From: Candidatus Woesearchaeota archaeon
GTDB taxonomy: Archaea; Nanobdellota; Nanobdellia; Pacearchaeales; UBA284
DNA: 46,184 nucleotides
Direction: 5' to 3'
Assembly: GCA_964493265.1 (NCBI GenBank)
Contig: CAZBLY010000002.1
Span: 43,962 to 90,145 of the forward strand
In this document: piece after piece, positions 42,545-46,184 of the stretch
How positions within the stretch are numbered: position 1 is the stretch's first letter
How the letters are laid out: every line of letters begins with the position of its first letter
Made by a program: the position numbers and the translations under genes
The notes under the pieces: generated by a model
Told to the model about the DNA's origin: nothing
What the model saw: the letters and a program-made list of their open reading frames with translations, nothing else
Database searches by the model: none

Positions 42545-43444
42545 TTATAATTTAATTCTCATAAAATCTTCTGCAAGTTCTGTGCTTTTGAAGATTTTTT
42601 TTGCTTCATTTAAAATTGGACTAGGATTTTTTGCATATCTTTGAGATAAATGTATTAAAATAAGTTTTTTTACTTTTGCTTTTTTTGCAATTGTTGCTGC
42701 TTGTTTTGCAGTAAGATGTTTTCTTTCTTTTGCTTTATTAGAATGTTTGGAATCAAGAAAGGTAGATTCGCTTATTAAAATATCTGCTTCTTTAGCAGCT
42801 TTTATACAGTTTTTATTAATTAAAGTATCAATAATAAATGAAATCTTTTTTCCTTTTTTTATTTTTGTTGCCTGCTTTGCTGTAATTTTCTTCCCATTAA
42901 ATGTAATGCTTTTGCCTTGCTGAAGTTTGCCAAGAATTGGTCCTGGCTTAATTTTATGTTTTTTAATAAAATTTATATTAATTTTTCTTTTATCTTTTTC
43001 AACAAACCTATAAGCTAAACAGGGGGTTGTATGTTGCATTTTATATGCTTCTATATAAAAATCCTTACTATCAATTATCTTGCCATTTTTATTTATTTCA
43101 TGAATTTCTGTTTTTACTTTCTCTTTGAAAACAAAAGTTTTGAGAAGTAATTTAACAAAATGTTTGGTTCCTCTAGGGCCATAAATTTTTAATGTTTTAT
43201 TATAATTGTTTAGGGCAAAAGTTTGTAATAAGCCAGGCAAACCAAAAACATGGTCCCCGTGCCAATGACTAATGAGAATTCTTGTGATTTTGAGAAAATT
43301 AAGCTTGGCAATTTTAAATTGTCTTTGAGTTCCTTCTCCACAGTCAATAAGTATATTTTCTTTATTATATTTTAAAAGCATAGCTAACTGGCTTCTTCTT
43401 GCTGTTGGGGTAGCTTCAGATGTTCCAAGTATTGTAATTCCCAT
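42545..43444 (-). CDS. rnz: Ribonuclease Z (tRNA 3' endonuclease, metallo-beta-lactamase fold)
   Basis: MGITILGTSEATPTARR and the HxHxDH motif ISHWHGDHVFGLPGLL. Length is typical of short-form RNase Z. Confidence 0.8.
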   Translation of the reverse strand: MGITILGTSEATPTARRSQLAMLLKYNKENILIDCGEGTQRQFKIAKLNFLKITRILISHWHGDHVFGLPGLLQTFALNNYNKTLKIYGPRGTKHFVKLLLKTFVFKEKVKTEIHEINKNGKIIDSKDFYIEAYKMQHTTPCLAYRFVEKDKRKININFIKKHKIKPGPILGKLQQGKSITFNGKKITAKQATKIKKGKKISFIIDTLINKNCIKAAKEADILISESTFLDSKHSNKAKERKHLTAKQAATIAKKAKVKKLILIHLSQRYAKNPSPILNEAKKIFKSTELAEDFMRIKL

Positions 43445-43531
43445 ATCAAAAAAAGGGTTTTTTCATTTTTAATTGTTTTTGTTAATCTTTTAGTTAATAA
43501 AGTTTAAAAACAAAAGCAAACTCTTTTTATT

Positions 43532-44194
43532 ATGGTTAAGAAAAAAACTAAAAAGAAAACCAAAAATAAAATAACAAAGAAGAAAACTACAAAGAAAAAG
43601 CAGAAAAGAATTAAGAAAAAGATTACGAAGAAAAAGCAAAAAATAACTAAGAAGAAAATTTTGAAAAAGAAAACTAGCAAAGCTTTTAAGGTTTTTATTG
43701 CAGATGAAAGAGTTATTACTAAAGATAAAAAAGCCATTGACCTTTATGGAAAAAGTCGTTTTGGTCAAGTTATAAGGGATAAGGTTTATTATTCTCTTGT
43801 TGAAGCTGCTTATCTTTTTGAGAAAGGAAAAATTAATATTTATGATGAAAGAAAGAAATTAGGTTTTGATAATTTTATTGCTAAAGCAAGAAAACTTGAA
43901 CCCAATTTCTGGACCCGTTTTTGTGTTTTTAGAGATATAAGAGATAGGGGTTATATTGTTAAAACAGCCCTCAAATTTGGGGCAGATTTTCGTATTTATG
44001 ATAGGGGAATTAAACCTGGAGAAGCCCATGCTAAATGGATTTTATTTCCAGTTTATGAATCTTCAATTATGACCTGGCATGAATTTGCTGCTAAAAACCG
44101 TGTTGCTCATTCAACAAGAAAAAATTTATTGATTGGAATTGTTGATGAAGAAGGCGATGTAACATATTATGAAATAAATTGGACAAGACCGTAA
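43532..44194 (+). CDS. endA: tRNA-splicing endonuclease EndA with ~50-aa poly-Lys N-terminal extension
   Basis: FRDIRDRGYIVKTALKFGADFRIYDRG, GEAHAKWILFPV and VAHSTRKNLLIGIVD supply the Y/H/K catalytic-block pattern. Confidence 0.85.
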   Translation: MVKKKTKKKTKNKITKKKTTKKKQKRIKKKITKKKQKITKKKILKKKTSKAFKVFIADERVITKDKKAIDLYGKSRFGQVIRDKVYYSLVEAAYLFEKGKINIYDERKKLGFDNFIAKARKLEPNFWTRFCVFRDIRDRGYIVKTALKFGADFRIYDRGIKPGEAHAKWILFPVYESSIMTWHEFAAKNRVAHSTRKNLLIGIVDEEGDVTYYEINWTRP

Positions 44195-44208
44195 TTCTTA
44201 TAAGAAAG

Positions 44209-45138
44209 ATGGAAAGAAATGAATATAATCTAAAAAATTTGAAAGAAAAAAAGAACAAAATTATTGAGGTTTTACAAAATAAAGGCCCTGCCCTGCCAGC
44301 TGTTATTTCTCGGGAAATAGGTGTTTCTCTACTTTTAACTTCGGCTTTGCTTAGTGATATGAGGGCTGAAAGATCTGTTATATTGAGTGATTTAAAAATA
44401 GGTGGTTCGCCTCTTTATTATATACAAGGTCAGAAAGGTCAGCTTGAAAAGTTTATTAAACATCTAGCCCATAAAGAACAAGAAGCTTTTGAATTGCTCA
44501 AGAAAAAAGAAGTTGTTGATGAGACCAAATTACAGCCAGTTCAGAGGGTTGCATTTAGTCATATGAAAGATTTTGCTTTTCCTATAAAAGTTAAAACCAA
44601 TGAAGAAGAAAAAACTTTCTGGAGATTTTATTCTATAGATCAAGATGAGGCATCAAAAAGAATTTCAAAATTACTAGAAAAAAAACAGATGAAAATTAAA
44701 ATAAAAAATGAAGCAAAAGAAACAAAACAAGTAACAAAACAAACAAAAGAAATAAAAGAAGAAAGAGAAGAAAAGAAAGAAGATAAAGAAAAAGAAGAAA
44801 AAATAAAACCAAAACCACGAAAAAAAAGAGCCAGTAAAGAAGAATTTAGAAAAAGAGTTTTTTCATGGCTAAATTCTAAAAATATTAAAATTGTTGAGGA
44901 ACTTGATGATGACGATGCTTTTTGTAAAGTTTCAACAAAATCAGCTTTTGGAGATTTAAATTTTATTGTTGTGGCTAAGAAAAAGAAAACAATTAATGAA
45001 GCCGACTTAAGTTTTGCTTATCAAAAGGGTCAGCAGGTAAAGACACCCGTATTGTTTTTGACAACAGGAAAATTGACAAAAAAAGCAAGTTCTTATATTA
45101 AAAATCTTGGAAAATTTATTATTATTAATTCTTTATGA
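44209..45138 (+). CDS. Hypothetical protein: N-terminal winged-helix-like domain, K/E-rich linker, C-terminal restriction-endonuclease-fold-like (Mrr_cat-like) domain
   Basis: IIEVLQNKGPALPAVISREIGVSLLLTSALLSDM resembles a wHTH. The C-terminal GDLNFIVVAKKKKTINEADLSFAYQKGQQVKTPVLFLTTGKLTKKA resembles the Mrr_cat layout (tentative). The track start at 44179 is TTG. Confidence 0.45.
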   Translation: MERNEYNLKNLKEKKNKIIEVLQNKGPALPAVISREIGVSLLLTSALLSDMRAERSVILSDLKIGGSPLYYIQGQKGQLEKFIKHLAHKEQEAFELLKKKEVVDETKLQPVQRVAFSHMKDFAFPIKVKTNEEEKTFWRFYSIDQDEASKRISKLLEKKQMKIKIKNEAKETKQVTKQTKEIKEEREEKKEDKEKEEKIKPKPRKKRASKEEFRKRVFSWLNSKNIKIVEELDDDDAFCKVSTKSAFGDLNFIVVAKKKKTINEADLSFAYQKGQQVKTPVLFLTTGKLTKKASSYIKNLGKFIIINSL

Positions 45139-45452
45139 ATTTTATTTATTAGAAGAATTATATTTCTTTTTTGTAATCTTCTTCTATTTTTTCAAGCTGG
45201 TCAATTGCAATTTTACAACTTTTAATTAACTCTTTTAATAGTTCTATATTGCCTTCTATTGGAATATATCTTGTTATTTCAAATGTTTCTTCACCAATTA
45301 CTTCAACATTGTTAAGCCTGAATATAATTGAACAATGTGGTTCTGCTTCTTCGTTTCCTTTAAATAAATCTTCAATTTTGAATCCATACTTTTCATAATT
45401 AAATACCGTCTTAACTAATACTAATTAATATTTGTAATTCTTTATGAAAAGA

Positions 45453-45460
45453 TTTTAAAG
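45453..45460 (+). promoter_or_regulatory. Candidate TATA box (TTTTAAAG) for tRNA-Gln
   Basis: Lies about 24-31 nt upstream of the tRNA 5' end. Confidence 0.4.
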
Positions 45461-45483
45461 TAATAATTGTTTATGATTTTTAT

Positions 45484-45556
45484 AGCTCCGTAGTGTAGTG
45501 GTCAAGCATTCAAGGCTTTGGACCTTGGGACGGCGGTTCGAATCCGCCCGGAGCTA
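45484..45556 (+). tRNA. tRNA-Gln (anticodon UUG), 73 nt, no intron, CCA not encoded
   Basis: Acceptor AGCTCCG/CGGAGCT (A1-U72, as in archaeal tRNA-Gln), anticodon stem CAAGG/CCTTG with loop CTTTGGA, T stem GGCGG/CCGCC, T loop TTCGAAT. Confidence 0.9.
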
Positions 45557-45558
45557 TG

Positions 45559-46029
45559 TTATCTAAATGCCCTTGGTGTTTCTCCAATATCGGCTTGCAT
45601 TATAACACCGTCATTGCCTCTTATTATAAATTCTAAATAAAGGGGTTTTTCCATCCATTGCTCACTTGAAAATTTAACATACCAATAATATGTTTGTGGC
45701 CAATTGTAATTATCAATTTTTTGAAGGATTTCTAAATCTAGACAAGGTTTGGTATACATTGTTTCTGTTGAACATAAATAATAACGTTCTACTTTAATAT
45801 TTTCAGGATCCATTACAAGTATTTCAAAAATTCTGTAATTTCTTGTTTGTTCTAAATAATCTATAACAATTTGATAATCTTTAACATCTGTTGGCAGAAT
45901 TATGTAACCTGTTAGGCTGGCTTTTTCAAAAACAAAAAAAACCATTGATGACAAAATAACTGCGAAAGCCAGGACTATGAAAAAGTGTTTATATTTTTGT
46001 TTTATATGTACTTTTAATTTTTTTGTCAT
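45559..46029 (-). CDS. Hypothetical membrane-anchored protein, 156 aa
   Basis: Basic N terminus followed by one hydrophobic span (FFIVLAFAVILSSMVFFVF). No family recognised. Confidence 0.45.
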   Translation of the reverse strand: MTKKLKVHIKQKYKHFFIVLAFAVILSSMVFFVFEKASLTGYIILPTDVKDYQIVIDYLEQTRNYRIFEILVMDPENIKVERYYLCSTETMYTKPCLDLEILQKIDNYNWPQTYYWYVKFSSEQWMEKPLYLEFIIRGNDGVIMQADIGETPRAFR

Positions 46030-46184
46030 CTTCTTTTTTTGTCTTTGTTTTTATTTTACTTTATTTTAAATTGGCTTGATTTTAAAAATGTTTTTTAACA
46101 TGTCTTTTGATTTTTCTTAAATAACCATTCCTTTCTTTTCTTTTTTATTTATAATTTCTTTAATCATTTTTATTTTTAATTTTT

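Noticed and set aside
43490-43768. Two minus-strand ORFs (43490-43768, 43504-43737) encoding Phe/Leu-rich peptides.
   Set aside because: They are the antisense reading of the poly-Lys (AAG/AAA) N-terminal extension of endA. This is a compositional artefact.

Overview
This is an AT-rich (roughly one-third G+C by eye, not computed), densely coded archaeal chromosome segment. The archaeal assignment rests on the informational genes: TFB, RadA, RPA, GINS, SRP54 and FtsY, an Sm protein, tRNA-splicing endonuclease, RNase Z, r-proteins L44e/S3Ae/S8e and four archaeal-type tRNAs. The lysine-rich protein tails and the many small proteins with class III (prepilin-like) signal peptides suggest a small-genome DPANN-like archaeon; that lineage call is inference. 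Three accessory blocks stand out. (1) A type IV pilus-like locus has an assembly ATPase at 27-2327. About 11 kb away, a FlaJ/TadC-like platform gene is followed by 11 co-directional pilin-like genes, two of them too short for the ORF track. (2) A cell-surface block holds three tandem paralogous membrane proteins and a beta-helix/Cys-repeat surface protein split by a frameshift in a G7 tract. (3) A 10.7 kb block bounded by tRNA-Val and tRNA-Leu is dominated by a 2706-aa envelope protein. That protein carries a clear N-acetylmuramoyl-L-alanine amidase (Amidase_3) domain preceded by a degenerate LytM-like domain, which is bacterial-murein-targeting hardware in an archaeon. It is preceded by a 619-aa partner with a pilin-like N terminus. 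Two further points are notable. A family B DNA polymerase homologue keeps its exonuclease motifs but has all three polymerase catalytic aspartates substituted. The conserved HhH N-terminal domain of RadA lies upstream of the first canonical start codon. No CRISPR array, rRNA, transposase or integrase was seen.
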